NCBI GenBank assembly: GCA_965228855.1
Contig: CBDDIJ010000002.1
Span: 128,001 to 192,000, forward strand
Source of the DNA: Candidatus Obscuribacterales bacterium
GTDB taxonomy: Bacteria; Cyanobacteriota; Vampirovibrionia; Obscuribacterales; Obscuribacteraceae
Length of the DNA: 64,000 bases
Reading direction: 5' to 3'
The notes beneath the pieces were generated by a model. That model was not told the DNA's origin, searched no databases, and was given only the letters and a program-made list of their open reading frames with translations. Made by a program: the position numbers and the translations under genes. How positions within the stretch are numbered: the stretch's first letter is position 1; every line of letters starts with the position of its first letter. Shown here one piece after another: positions 48,229-58,052 of this stretch.

Positions 48229-48882
48229 ATGAAGTCGTTCGTCATGGTGCCCGGCGGCAAGCTCGTCCAGCAGCACAACCGCTTCGGGGGCGAGAACAAG
48301 TACGGGCACGACCGCTTCAGCGCGCTGGAGCGCCGCCGCCGCCTCGCCCGCGTGCTCGACCGCGAGTTCGACCTCACGGTCGGCGAGATCGGGCTGAGCG
48401 TGGTCGAGCCGGAGCGCGAGGTCGAGTCGACCTGGACGGTCCTCGAGCCCTGCAGCCGCTTCCGCCACAACGTCACGTTCGTGATCGAGGGCGACACCGA
48501 CCTGGCGATCCGCGTCTACGCGGCGCGCAACGGCGGCCGCCACCCCGAGAAGGTCAGCTGCGACTGCGGCTGCGGCCCGGACTACTTCGTGACCGAGGTC
48601 GACGGCTCGCTCTGCACCGCCACCGCGCGCCTGCGCAACTGCAACGTGCGCGAGACCCGCTCCGGCGACACCGTCGTCACCGAGCTCCGCGCCCGCGCCA
48701 ACCCGAGCTCGTGGGACTACCACACGCTCGAGCAGTTCCTCGCCCGCGAGGACGTGGTGGTCATCAGCAGCGCCGACATCTCCGAGGACGAGCGCCACTA
48801 CCGGATGCCCGTCCGCACCTCGCCCAGCGACTACCCGGACGACGTCCGCACGGTCGCCTGGCTGCTGAACGCCGAGCTCTAG
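48229..48882 (+). CDS. Hypothetical Cys-containing protein
   Basis: AAGGAG RBS; very strong GC3; CDCGCG motif. Confidence 0.75.
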   Translation: MKSFVMVPGGKLVQQHNRFGGENKYGHDRFSALERRRRLARVLDREFDLTVGEIGLSVVEPEREVESTWTVLEPCSRFRHNVTFVIEGDTDLAIRVYAARNGGRHPEKVSCDCGCGPDYFVTEVDGSLCTATARLRNCNVRETRSGDTVVTELRARANPSSWDYHTLEQFLAREDVVVISSADISEDERHYRMPVRTSPSDYPDDVRTVAWLLNAEL

Positions 48883-48890
48883 CCGTTTCT

Positions 48891-48923
48891 GAATGTGACC
48901 GGAGCACCCCTCTGGTCACATTC
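48891..48923 (+). terminator. Hairpin after the CDS
   Basis: GAATGTGACCGGAG/CTCTGGTCACATTC. Confidence 0.55.
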
Positions 48924-48937
48924 CCTCCCCCGAACCT

Positions 48938-49324
48938 CTACTATATGCCTTCATATCTCCGACAGTCCGCAAAACGAGCTCTACAACAGCCTTTCTAGAG
49001 ATCAGTAATGGGCGCAACGAGCTGCCAAGACCTCGTTTGGCAATGACCGATAGACAGTTTTCCGAAAATCCGGCAATCCCACGTAGCCAAACCCAATCGT
49101 TCGAAACAAAGGCTAGTGAAGCGATCGCCGGAAACATATGTGGACAAAACAGCTCCCGGCAAGAACGACTCACTACGGCTTTTAGTAATATTCAGAGACC
49201 AAAAATCTGGCAATCCCACGTAGCCAAACCCACTCGTTCGAAACAGAGGATAGGGACGCGATCGCCGGAAACATACGTGGACAGAGTCTCTCAGGCACCG
49301 ACAAGTCACTACGGTTTTTAGTAG
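48938..49324. repeat. Complete dispersed element with duplicated right half (about 137-bp period)
   Basis: Box at 48938, core 49036-49091, TTTAGTAA at 49181; second half-core 49206-49228 and TTTAGTAG at 49317-49324. Confidence 0.88.
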
Positions 49325-49380
49325 CACTGTTCGCAAAAAGACACCAGCCGAAACGCGACGGTTCCGGCTGGTGGTCCAGT

Positions 49381-51624
49381 TTAGAGGTCGACCTCGATGT
49401 CGATGTTTTTCTTATTGCGCAGGACGGTGACTTGAGTCTTGCCACCGGCGACGGTGTCAAACTGCAAGTCAACGCGCGCTTTACCGACATGCAATCCGGT
49501 TACCGTCACACTGCCGAGCCAGTCAGGAACTGCCGGCTCGATGATGCGGAGCTTGCCGGACTGCACCTCGATGCCCAGGCAGGCGGTCAGGATTTGAAAC
49601 ATCGTGCCCGCTGCCCATGCCTGCGGAACGCAGGAGACGGGATAGCGAATCGGTCCCTGAGTCTGCGGATTATCGAATCCGCAAAACAGTTCCGGCAGAC
49701 GTCGGTCCGGCTGATGCTGCGCAGCCGCAAACAGTCCACGCAGCACACGATGCGCATCCCTGGCGCGACCGACGGCACAGAGCCCTTCGAGCATCATGCC
49801 GTTGTCGTGCGGCCAGACCGAGCCGTTGTGGTAGCTCATCGGATTGTACGCCGCCTCGCCTGCAGCCAGCGTGCGAATGCCCCAGCCACAGAACATCTCT
49901 GGCGACATGAGCTTGCGGGCGACCAGCTGTGCGCGCGAAGCGAACAAAATTCCGGTCGACAGAAGATGCCCCGGATTGCTCGAAACCACGTCGCATTGCT
50001 CGCCGTCACGGTCGAGCGCCAACGCGACATACTCATGCTTCGGCATCCAGAAGTCGTTGTGAAACCGAATACGCAAAGCCTTGGCCTTGCGCGCCAGACC
50101 TTCAGCCAGGCGGGTTTCGCCGAGGTCGGATGCAATCCCGACGAGCCGAGCCCAGGCTTCGTAGAGATAGCCCTGCGGCTCGCACAGTGCGATCGGAGCA
50201 CGCGCGAGCGTGCCGTCCGAGTACATGATCGAATCGCCCGAGTCCTTCCACCCCTGGTTGGCGAGCGCCGCTCCGGCACGTCCACCGTAGGTGAGGTAAC
50301 CGGTCGGACCGACCTGCGAGTCCAGGAAATCGAGCGCCGCAAGGATGTTCGGCCAGAGCTTGCGCACAAGCTCCATGTCGCCGGTCGCCGACACATAGCG
50401 CGTGACGAGCATCAGCCAGAGCGGCGTCGCATCGACCGTCCCGTAATACGGCTTGAACGGAATCTCGCCCAGCCGAGCCATCTCGCCGAGCCGCAGCTCG
50501 TGCAGAATCTTGCCGGGACGCTCTTCCGTGAAGGCATCGTGCCGCTTGCCCTGATAGGCAGCCAGCACTTCAATCACCTCACGAGCGATCGACGGCTGCA
50601 CATGCAGCATCTGCAGAGCCGTCACAGCCTGGTCGCGACCGAATGCAGCGGCGAACCACGGAGTGCCAGCGCCGATGCACGTCCCCTTCGGCGTCGGCTG
50701 ACGCAGAACGTAGAGGTCACGCATCGCTCGTTCCAGAATGGCGTTGAATGCGGTATCACCGGTGGTGATAGTCGCACCGCCAGCCTGCCACTTCTCGAAG
50801 CCCTCCACAGCACGCTTCTGAGTGCCCTCGAAGGAACGCCGACGCCGGGCGGACTTGTCGTTCTTGTACGCGACACCGTCGATCTCGGCATCCGCGTGCG
50901 TGACGACTGATGACTCGATGACGTGCTCCTGGTGCGGCTTGAGATGCAGTTTGAAAACAGCCACGCCGTCCGTGATCGAAGGAGTCACGTCGCCGGAAAG
51001 AATCTCGACCGTCGACTTCATGACACTGCCATCCAGACCGCGATACGAGAAGACAAGCCGTTTCCCGACGCCCGCGAGACCGGAGGAACGCTTACCGCGC
51101 ACCTTCCCCTTCGCAATGTCGGTCACATCGACCGCCTCCATCGATCCGCGCGCGGGACGCTTGGCGCCTCGCACTTCGAACATGTCGGCGAAATCGGAAT
51201 CGAAAACGATCGCGATCTCCACCTCGACAGCCTTGCTGTGATAGTTGGTGACCACCAGCTTTTCGCTCAGTCGGTCCTCGATCACCATGCTGCGCGTAAC
51301 GAGAACACTCTGCTCCGGCAGGTCATCGACCTTGGGATTGCCGTAGACGAACTCCGCCTGAAAGCCGCTTGCAATGTCGCGCGCCAGCAGCCGCGGGTGG
51401 GTCTTGTTGATATAAATCTGCCACGCACTCATGTACCGAGTGTCGTCGCGAAACAGTCCGAACGGCGCCGGAACGCCACGCGAGAGCGGCATCATTCCCT
51501 GATCGTTCATGATGAGGAAGTGCGCGCCGTTCTTAATCACAATCCGGTCTTGGCTCGGATTTTCCGCCTCGTACTCGACGTTCGCGCCTTGCTGAACGCC
51601 CTGAATTTTTTGTACCGCTGTCAT
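49381..51624 (-). CDS. Amylo-alpha-1,6-glucosidase (glycogen debranching enzyme family)
   Basis: AGTPWFAAAFGRD, PGKILHE, NQGWKDSGD, YHNGSVWPHDN, PQAWAAG. Confidence 0.93.
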   Translation of the reverse strand: MTAVQKIQGVQQGANVEYEAENPSQDRIVIKNGAHFLIMNDQGMMPLSRGVPAPFGLFRDDTRYMSAWQIYINKTHPRLLARDIASGFQAEFVYGNPKVDDLPEQSVLVTRSMVIEDRLSEKLVVTNYHSKAVEVEIAIVFDSDFADMFEVRGAKRPARGSMEAVDVTDIAKGKVRGKRSSGLAGVGKRLVFSYRGLDGSVMKSTVEILSGDVTPSITDGVAVFKLHLKPHQEHVIESSVVTHADAEIDGVAYKNDKSARRRRSFEGTQKRAVEGFEKWQAGGATITTGDTAFNAILERAMRDLYVLRQPTPKGTCIGAGTPWFAAAFGRDQAVTALQMLHVQPSIAREVIEVLAAYQGKRHDAFTEERPGKILHELRLGEMARLGEIPFKPYYGTVDATPLWLMLVTRYVSATGDMELVRKLWPNILAALDFLDSQVGPTGYLTYGGRAGAALANQGWKDSGDSIMYSDGTLARAPIALCEPQGYLYEAWARLVGIASDLGETRLAEGLARKAKALRIRFHNDFWMPKHEYVALALDRDGEQCDVVSSNPGHLLSTGILFASRAQLVARKLMSPEMFCGWGIRTLAAGEAAYNPMSYHNGSVWPHDNGMMLEGLCAVGRARDAHRVLRGLFAAAQHQPDRRLPELFCGFDNPQTQGPIRYPVSCVPQAWAAGTMFQILTACLGIEVQSGKLRIIEPAVPDWLGSVTVTGLHVGKARVDLQFDTVAGGKTQVTVLRNKKNIDIEVDL

Positions 51625-52305
51625 GAGTTACTCCTCTGCGGTTGCTTGCTTGCCGAGAAAGCGCTGTGAATACTGAGTCTCGCTGTCAGGTCCTGGATTT
51701 CGCGCGACAAAATTCACATCGTTCGAAAACGATGTGCTCCGTCGAAGGCGAGGCAGGAGGCGAGGCTGCGAAAGTTTGGAAGGTATGGTTAACCGGGGTT
51801 TATTGTTTTGATTAACCTGACCATATCAATTCTCTAAGCTCTAAATCTCAGGTTTACAATGAACAACAAATACCGTAAGCGCGCCCATAGCTTCAGTCAT
51901 GAGTCTTAATACACAACTTCTCATTTACTTGATGCGATTGGCCCAACTAACTCACCAACCTCACGAATGAAATACTTTTCAAACGCAAACCTCGCGCGAA
52001 TACGGAGATGCAGTCACTGCAAGCGGTTTCAGACCCAAAGCCAAATCGTTTAACCAAAGCTTTCGATTACCGTTCGTAATAAGTCTGGAGAAAAAACAGT
52101 TGAAAGTGTGAGTTTGTTGCCAGTCTTCACGCACACATCAATTCAGGTCCACTCAGCAGAAAAACAGCTCGCAGCGCCACTCTCGAAAACTTCTCCGGTT
52201 TCGTCAACGGGAATATGAGGTGTCGCTCCGGATCTGATAAGACGTGCTCGCATTCAGCAAGACGCAGTGAAGACGAGAACCCGACTAACCAAGGAAACAG
52301 ACCAT

Positions 52306-53556
52306 ATGCAAAGCGCATTCGCCAACAGCAATCTGCAATTCGCTCTGAACCTGCTCGGCCACGCCTATGACGCCTCCCTCAAGGAGAGCGATCCCGGCAA
52401 GAAGCAGGTGGTCCAGATCTCTCCGTTCAGCATCCGGCGCGCTCTGACCATGGCGGCCATCGGCTCCCGCGGCGCCACGCGTCAAGCCATCCTCGACGCC
52501 ATGTGCTACTCCGCCGGCACCGACCTGACCGCTGTCAACGAGGACAACAAGGCTGTTGCCGACTTCCTTTCCACCGTCGAGTCGCGCGGTGACGCGCCGA
52601 CCACGCTGCTCCTCGCCAACGCGCTCTGGCTGCGCGACGACAAGGACCCGAACGGACCGGTCTTCCACCAGCCGTTCATCGACGCCAACGCCAAGTTCTT
52701 CAACGCCGAGTGCAACCGCCTCGCCTTCGACGACGCCGCTCTCGCCGCCATCAACGGCTGGTGCGACCGCAACACCAAGGGCAAGATCACCAAGATCATC
52801 GACGAGATCCCGGCGGACGCCTTCGCGTTCCTGACCGACGCGCTCTACATGAAGACGCCCGCCAAGGAGCGCTTCTACCGGGTCAACGACAAGGCCGGCA
52901 GGTTCTTCGGTCTGACCGGCGCCGGCGAAGACACGGTCTACATGCGCCAGCGCGGGGAGTTCCACTACCTGCAGTCCGATGGCGTCCAGGTGCTCGAATT
53001 CCCGTTCGGTCAGTACGGCTACTTCAACTTCTACCTCATCCTGCCCGACATCGGCTCCGACCTGACCGCCGCGGTCAAGTCGCTCGGCGCCAACTGGGCC
53101 GACTGGAAGGAGAACCTCCGACCCGGCTTCGGCATGGTGCGCCTCGCGCAGAACGAGCAGGAATGGGGCAAGAACGTGCTCCCGGAGCTCGCGCTCCAGG
53201 GCATGGGACTCGCCTTCACCGACAACGCCGACTTCGCCGACATGTGCACGAAGCCGCTCAAGATCGGCGCGGTCGCGCACAAGACCAAGACGAAGTTCTC
53301 GCACAAGGGCTTCGAAGGCGCCGCCGTCACCGCCGTCGGCATGATCGAATGCACGAGCGTCCGCATGCCGGTCGTGCGCAAGGAGTTCGACATCACCGCC
53401 AACCGCCCCTACGCCTGGCTCGTGACGGGCGGCGACGAGATCCTCTTCGCCGGTACGACCGTGAAGCCCACGGTACCCGCGGAGCAGGACGAGGACGATC
53501 CAACCGATCTGGGCTGGGACGTCCAGGACGACAAGGACCTCAACGTCCTCGCCTGA
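52306..53556 (+). CDS. Serpin (serine protease inhibitor)
   Basis: ISPFSI, INGWCDRNTKGKI, hinge GFEGAAVTAV, ANRPY. Confidence 0.9.
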   Translation: MQSAFANSNLQFALNLLGHAYDASLKESDPGKKQVVQISPFSIRRALTMAAIGSRGATRQAILDAMCYSAGTDLTAVNEDNKAVADFLSTVESRGDAPTTLLLANALWLRDDKDPNGPVFHQPFIDANAKFFNAECNRLAFDDAALAAINGWCDRNTKGKITKIIDEIPADAFAFLTDALYMKTPAKERFYRVNDKAGRFFGLTGAGEDTVYMRQRGEFHYLQSDGVQVLEFPFGQYGYFNFYLILPDIGSDLTAAVKSLGANWADWKENLRPGFGMVRLAQNEQEWGKNVLPELALQGMGLAFTDNADFADMCTKPLKIGAVAHKTKTKFSHKGFEGAAVTAVGMIECTSVRMPVVRKEFDITANRPYAWLVTGGDEILFAGTTVKPTVPAEQDEDDPTDLGWDVQDDKDLNVLA

Positions 53557-53723
53557 GCGCTCGGCAGGTCGTGATATAAACAGCCGCAGTCGCTGACGTT
53601 CCCCGGAGAGTCGCACACAAAGTGCGATTTCTCCGGGGTTTCGCCTGAAATTATTCCTACTATCCCATGTCGTGCCCCTCAGCCTTGTATAATCGGTGTT
53701 GTTGGCGCAGGACGGAAGACAAG

Positions 53724-54473
53724 ATGACCTCCACACCACAATCAGGACGCAAAATCGCCGGTGCAATCAGACACCGCCTGGTTTTGAACGTGGATGAACT
53801 CAAGATCCAGGATCGCAATCTCGTTTTAAAAGCGCTTGTGTTCATCGAGGAACAGTACGACAAGTACAGAAAGAAAACGCGGAGCTTTCCGGAGCGCGGA
53901 ATTCCATTGATTACACATCCGATGCGTGTCGCATTGGTTCTGCTTGAAGAACTCGAACTCAAAGACACTGGCGCGATCACAGCAGCGCTGCTGCACGAAC
54001 TGGTCGAGTGGAAACGAGACAAAGTCACCATCGCCGACATTGAGCGCAACTTCGGAAGACCAATTGCCATGCTGGTTTCCATTCTCACGAAACCACCGAT
54101 CGATGACGACGCCAGCGAAGAAGAACGCGCTCAAAAACTCGCAACTTACTATCGCAGAATCGAGCAGGCAAGCGTTGTTTCGAAGCTCGTTAAACTTTGC
54201 GATCGATTGGATTCTGTGCGTGAAGCGCCAGAGTGGCTTGAGGAAGATCGGCAGCGCAATTACCTCGAAGAGACCAAAGCTATCTATATTCCGATAGCAG
54301 CGGAAACTGATTCTTATCTGCACGAAGAGCTTCTCGCCGCTGTGGAAACGCTTGAGATGGCGATTTCCAACCCCAGCGCGGCGGATTCGAGCACGCTGAT
54401 TCCTCGATACGTTGCAATCAGCGATGTCGGAAACTCAGACGATGGTGAGCCGGGCTCAGACTCGACCCACTAA
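53724..54473 (+). CDS. RelA/SpoT-type HD-domain (small alarmone hydrolase-like) protein with altered motif
   Basis: HPMRVA, AALLHELVEW, FG..IAMLVSILTK, VKLCDRLDSVR. Confidence 0.8.
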   Translation: MTSTPQSGRKIAGAIRHRLVLNVDELKIQDRNLVLKALVFIEEQYDKYRKKTRSFPERGIPLITHPMRVALVLLEELELKDTGAITAALLHELVEWKRDKVTIADIERNFGRPIAMLVSILTKPPIDDDASEEERAQKLATYYRRIEQASVVSKLVKLCDRLDSVREAPEWLEEDRQRNYLEETKAIYIPIAAETDSYLHEELLAAVETLEMAISNPSAADSSTLIPRYVAISDVGNSDDGEPGSDSTH

Positions 54474-54542
54474 CACCTGGGGATAGAAGCCCGTTTCGCC
54501 GCCAAAATTGCAACGCGATAAGCGCAACTGTTTAACTCAAAC

Positions 54543-54896
54543 CTAGAAAATACCCTTCTGAAAGCCGTATTCAAGCGCTTGATGGTACTGTTCTTCAGTA
54601 AAACCCTTGCACAGAGTACAGAGTTCATCAAGAAATATACGATTCGTGTCCGGAAGCTCGAACTCGGTTCCCGCCGGATTCTCAGTCGCCCAGCGGAATA
54701 CCAGCCGGCAAGAATTATCGAACAATGCCCGCACCCGATTCCAAGCCGAGGCATACTGCCGCTCGGTAAAACCAGGAACCCGCTCCCGCAGTCGCTCAAC
54801 AGCATCTTTGCGCGCGACCTTATCAGTCGACTCAAGGAAGAGAAGAAACGCTCCTGTGAGCAATTCTTGTTTCTCAATCTCTGTCGTTTTCGTCAT
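54543..54896 (-). CDS. Hypothetical protein
   Basis: 117-aa ORF with internal repeat GFTERQY/GFTEEQY. Confidence 0.65.
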   Translation of the reverse strand: MTKTTEIEKQELLTGAFLLFLESTDKVARKDAVERLRERVPGFTERQYASAWNRVRALFDNSCRLVFRWATENPAGTEFELPDTNRIFLDELCTLCKGFTEEQYHQALEYGFQKGIF

Positions 54897-54988
54897 TTCT
54901 GCCTTACAAAGTCGCGAGGGGCTGACCGGCTACCAGCACTATTTTATGCCAGTTCGCGCAATTTTCAAAACGTCTTATATTGCTACGA

Positions 54989-55399
54989 CTAGGGCGCATG
55001 CAAACCGATTGCAGACAACACTGTCGATAGATATTTGATTAGACCGGATATGAGAGCAGCCGTAACGACCATGCTTGCCAGATTTCTTCTGTTCAATCGC
55101 CCAACCCACGAAAGCGCTACTGTCGCGAAAAGAACCGTGAACCATGCGCCCTCGAAAACTACGGCACCTAAGTGTTCCGTGCTGGTAGATTCGGAATAGT
55201 CCCAGTCGGCCTTCGTTCCGACTCTGCAATCAGTACCTAATCTGGGGTCTCTCGGCGCAGCGACTAAACCTTGAGCATGTGCCTGCGCAATTGAAAAAAA
55301 GCACAAGAACACAATCCACAACACTCCCTCGATGGGTCTGCGACGCATTCGTTTCAAAGCCACATTAGCTCCTCCCGCAAGAAGCTCCAAAGTGTTCAT
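54989..55399 (-). CDS. Small membrane protein, partial paralog of the upstream gene
   Basis: AHAQGLVAAP segment plus TM helices; TAATG coupling. Confidence 0.65.
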   Translation of the reverse strand: MNTLELLAGGANVALKRMRRRPIEGVLWIVFLCFFSIAQAHAQGLVAAPRDPRLGTDCRVGTKADWDYSESTSTEHLGAVVFEGAWFTVLFATVALSWVGRLNRRNLASMVVTAALISGLIKYLSTVLSAIGLHAP

Positions 55400-56010
55400 T
55401 ACATCACTGCGATCATTGTTCCGACGACAACCAATGCGATACCTGCAACCACACCGAAACTAGCCCAGTTCAATCTTTTGAGATAGGTCAAACCGAGTAC
55501 GCCCAAAAGGCTCGTAAACATAGTTCCCTGCATGATCGTCAGCTTCAGATTTTCCGGTGATCGTGCCACTATCTCCTGCATCACGCTGGAATCGATTTCG
55601 TTCATTTGACCGCCGTGGGCGTCAATTGGCGCACCGACCAAACCCTGCGCATCAGCATGATCAATGAATCCCGCCAAAACAATCGGCATCAGCAATGCCA
55701 ACGCCACCACACGCAGAACGTTTCGAATTCTTCGCAGTCCGACTGGACAGTTCTCGGTCATGATCGTGCCGTCAGATCGTCGATATAAACGAAGGCACAA
55801 ACGTCCCTCGTTGCGCCGAATCAACGCACCAGCCTCACGTTTCGACATCTCAGAAATATTGTAGACATTCAACTGACAGTGATTGCAAAATTTGATGCGC
55901 TCGTCCCCCTCCATCGAATCCCAGGGAACCGCACAGGGTGCGGAGATAAACGTACGTGCCAGTATTTCGTCGTCACCCAATTCACTTTTCTTTCGTCTAT
56001 TAGCCTGCAT
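55399..56010 (-). CDS. Membrane protein with N-terminal Cys motif (PCxxxWxxM...FCxxCxxxVY)
   Basis: PCAVPWDSMEGDERIKFCNHCQLNVYNISEMS..LCLR; ADAQGLVGAP. Confidence 0.75.
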   Translation of the reverse strand: MQANRRKKSELGDDEILARTFISAPCAVPWDSMEGDERIKFCNHCQLNVYNISEMSKREAGALIRRNEGRLCLRLYRRSDGTIMTENCPVGLRRIRNVLRVVALALLMPIVLAGFIDHADAQGLVGAPIDAHGGQMNEIDSSVMQEIVARSPENLKLTIMQGTMFTSLLGVLGLTYLKRLNWASFGVVAGIALVVVGTMIAVM

Positions 56011-56272
56011 AAAAACCGCCTCCAACCTCAAGTTGCGCGATGTCCCAGTTTCAGCTTAGTCAACCAGGCGAAATTGGTCACGCGTGATTACACGACTGAC
56101 ATGCAAGATTTAAACGAACAGCGCTTCCCTGCTCGTGTTTACACCAGTTAAGCGGCTCAAAAAAAACGAGCATCAACCCAAACTCAAATAATGTTCGGAG
56201 AGAAAACAGCTGCTAGAGTTACCACTGAATCGCGAAGTCATTCCACGCGAAAGACCTCCACCAGGGAGCCTC

Positions 56273-57049
56273 ATGGATACAAGCGAAATTCTAGACCGAA
56301 TGAAACAGACTTACTCAGAGTGCGATTCATTTCGCGAAGTCAGCCGAGTCCCATCTTCCCGTGCCCAAGCGACAAAAGGCAGACTGGATGCCGATCTCGA
56401 ATTCAGACTCTGGTTCAAACGACCATCATGTTACCGCGTCGAAGCAAAATTTGTATGTTTCGATACCACTGAAGAGAACCATGAGCAAGGACTGAAGCCA
56501 CATAAACAGTTTATCGACCGGGGTCGCGCGGCGGCGTTGGAGTTTGATCACTTTCTGCTTGTGGGCGATGAAAACTCGGGCACCGTCATTCAATATGCGG
56601 GACAGTTCGATCGGACCCAACGACAAAAAATTCAGCATTTCGCTAATGGTAGAGCGGCAATAGCAGAACGAAAGAGCGCAGCTCGGACGCTTTCACTGTT
56701 TGAGGAAACGCCTTACTACTTACAAAACATACGAGGTCTGGTCAGCTTTCCCGAACAAACAGTTGGAAAACGGACGTGCCACCATATAGTGGTTTACTCT
56801 ACTGCGGCTTACGTCGAAACACATCTCTGGATAGATAAGCAGGATTTTTTGCTGCGAAAAATTCAGCAACCGGTGCATGCCGTTTTGAAACCAGCTCTGA
56901 GCCTGCTTCGCCACGCTCCGTTTAAACTTGGCGACTTCCTCTCCACCGATCTGCATGGCGATGAAATGAACATGCACACCGAATTTATCGTCCTTGAGAC
57001 CGAAGTAAACCCGGATATCGACCCATTTGTGTTCGAAGCGAGGCTTTAA
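56273..57049 (+). CDS. LolA-fold-like hypothetical protein
   Basis: EILDRMKQTY, WFKRPSCYRVE, HLWIDKQDFLLRKI, NPDIDPFVF. Confidence 0.65.
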   Translation: MDTSEILDRMKQTYSECDSFREVSRVPSSRAQATKGRLDADLEFRLWFKRPSCYRVEAKFVCFDTTEENHEQGLKPHKQFIDRGRAAALEFDHFLLVGDENSGTVIQYAGQFDRTQRQKIQHFANGRAAIAERKSAARTLSLFEETPYYLQNIRGLVSFPEQTVGKRTCHHIVVYSTAAYVETHLWIDKQDFLLRKIQQPVHAVLKPALSLLRHAPFKLGDFLSTDLHGDEMNMHTEFIVLETEVNPDIDPFVFEARL

Positions 57050-57372
57050 ACCGCACGTGGAGCGAGAGGATCGTTCGCAAATTCCAAGATTTCCCTGCCA
57101 ACGACCCGCGCAGGATATCAACGAATCATGGTCTTGACTAACCCCCGCCAGAAAATGTGCAGAATCTGCTACAAAATTTTCCTAATTTGGCCTCAAAAGT
57201 TACACATTTGCTACTACGCAATGTCGCATTTGTTTTCAAGAAACAAGAAGTCATCGAAAAGCGCATTTACTGCGCCTCTCGATGACTCCAAAAATGCGCG
57301 CCCGGTGAAGCGAGAGAGCTGGATTTACATCCAAGCCCTGCTCGCTTCACTCGGGTTGGCATGCCACCACAT

Positions 57373-58011
57373 TTAGCGGCAGCCTCCTCCACAACCACGG
57401 CGAGAGCGCCGCGTTTTCTTAGCAGCCCCTGAGGCGGCGCTGGTTTCGACAGGCTTGTCAGCGGCAGCGACAGGCTTTTCCGCCGTCGGGACAGCGCCCG
57501 GTTCGACAACCGTAGAGTCAGCGCCGGAAGCGGCGCAGCTCCCAGCCGGCTGCGAAGCGGCCTTCTCGGCAGCTTCCGCAGCAGCCTTCGCCTCAGCCGC
57601 AGCGAGCCGCTTGCGCAGCCGCTTGCCGTAAGGCGTGATACCGCTCTCGATGGTCAGCGGTTTGTCATCCTGGTCGACGGCAACGTACACGACGTAGCCC
57701 TCGGTGACCGGGATGTACTCACCGTTTCGCTCGACGTCCACCCAGATGTGAGTGGAAACCGACGTCTTGCCGATGCGAGTGATTTCGACCCAGCAAGTCA
57801 GCACATCGCCGACATGCACAGGCTTCTTGAACTCGACTTCCTTGAAGTTGACGGTGACGAAACGATGCTTGCAAATCTTCTTGGTTTCGACGACACCAGC
57901 CACGTCGATGTGGCTCAGAATCACGCCACCGAAAATGTTGTGGGCGGGATTGGTGTCCTTGGGAAACATGACTTCCCGGATAGCCGGGCAGCCGCGTCTG
58001 TTGAGCTTCAT
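57373..58011 (-). CDS. Acyl-CoA thioesterase (YciA-like hotdog fold) with Ala-rich tail
   Basis: PKDTNPAHNIFGGVILSHID, FKKPVHVGD, YVAVD. Confidence 0.9.
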   Translation of the reverse strand: MKLNRRGCPAIREVMFPKDTNPAHNIFGGVILSHIDVAGVVETKKICKHRFVTVNFKEVEFKKPVHVGDVLTCWVEITRIGKTSVSTHIWVDVERNGEYIPVTEGYVVYVAVDQDDKPLTIESGITPYGKRLRKRLAAAEAKAAAEAAEKAASQPAGSCAASGADSTVVEPGAVPTAEKPVAAADKPVETSAASGAAKKTRRSRRGCGGGCR

Positions 58012-58052
58012 GGGTAACCTCGTAAATAGTTAGACTGACGACCGAGCGGGCG

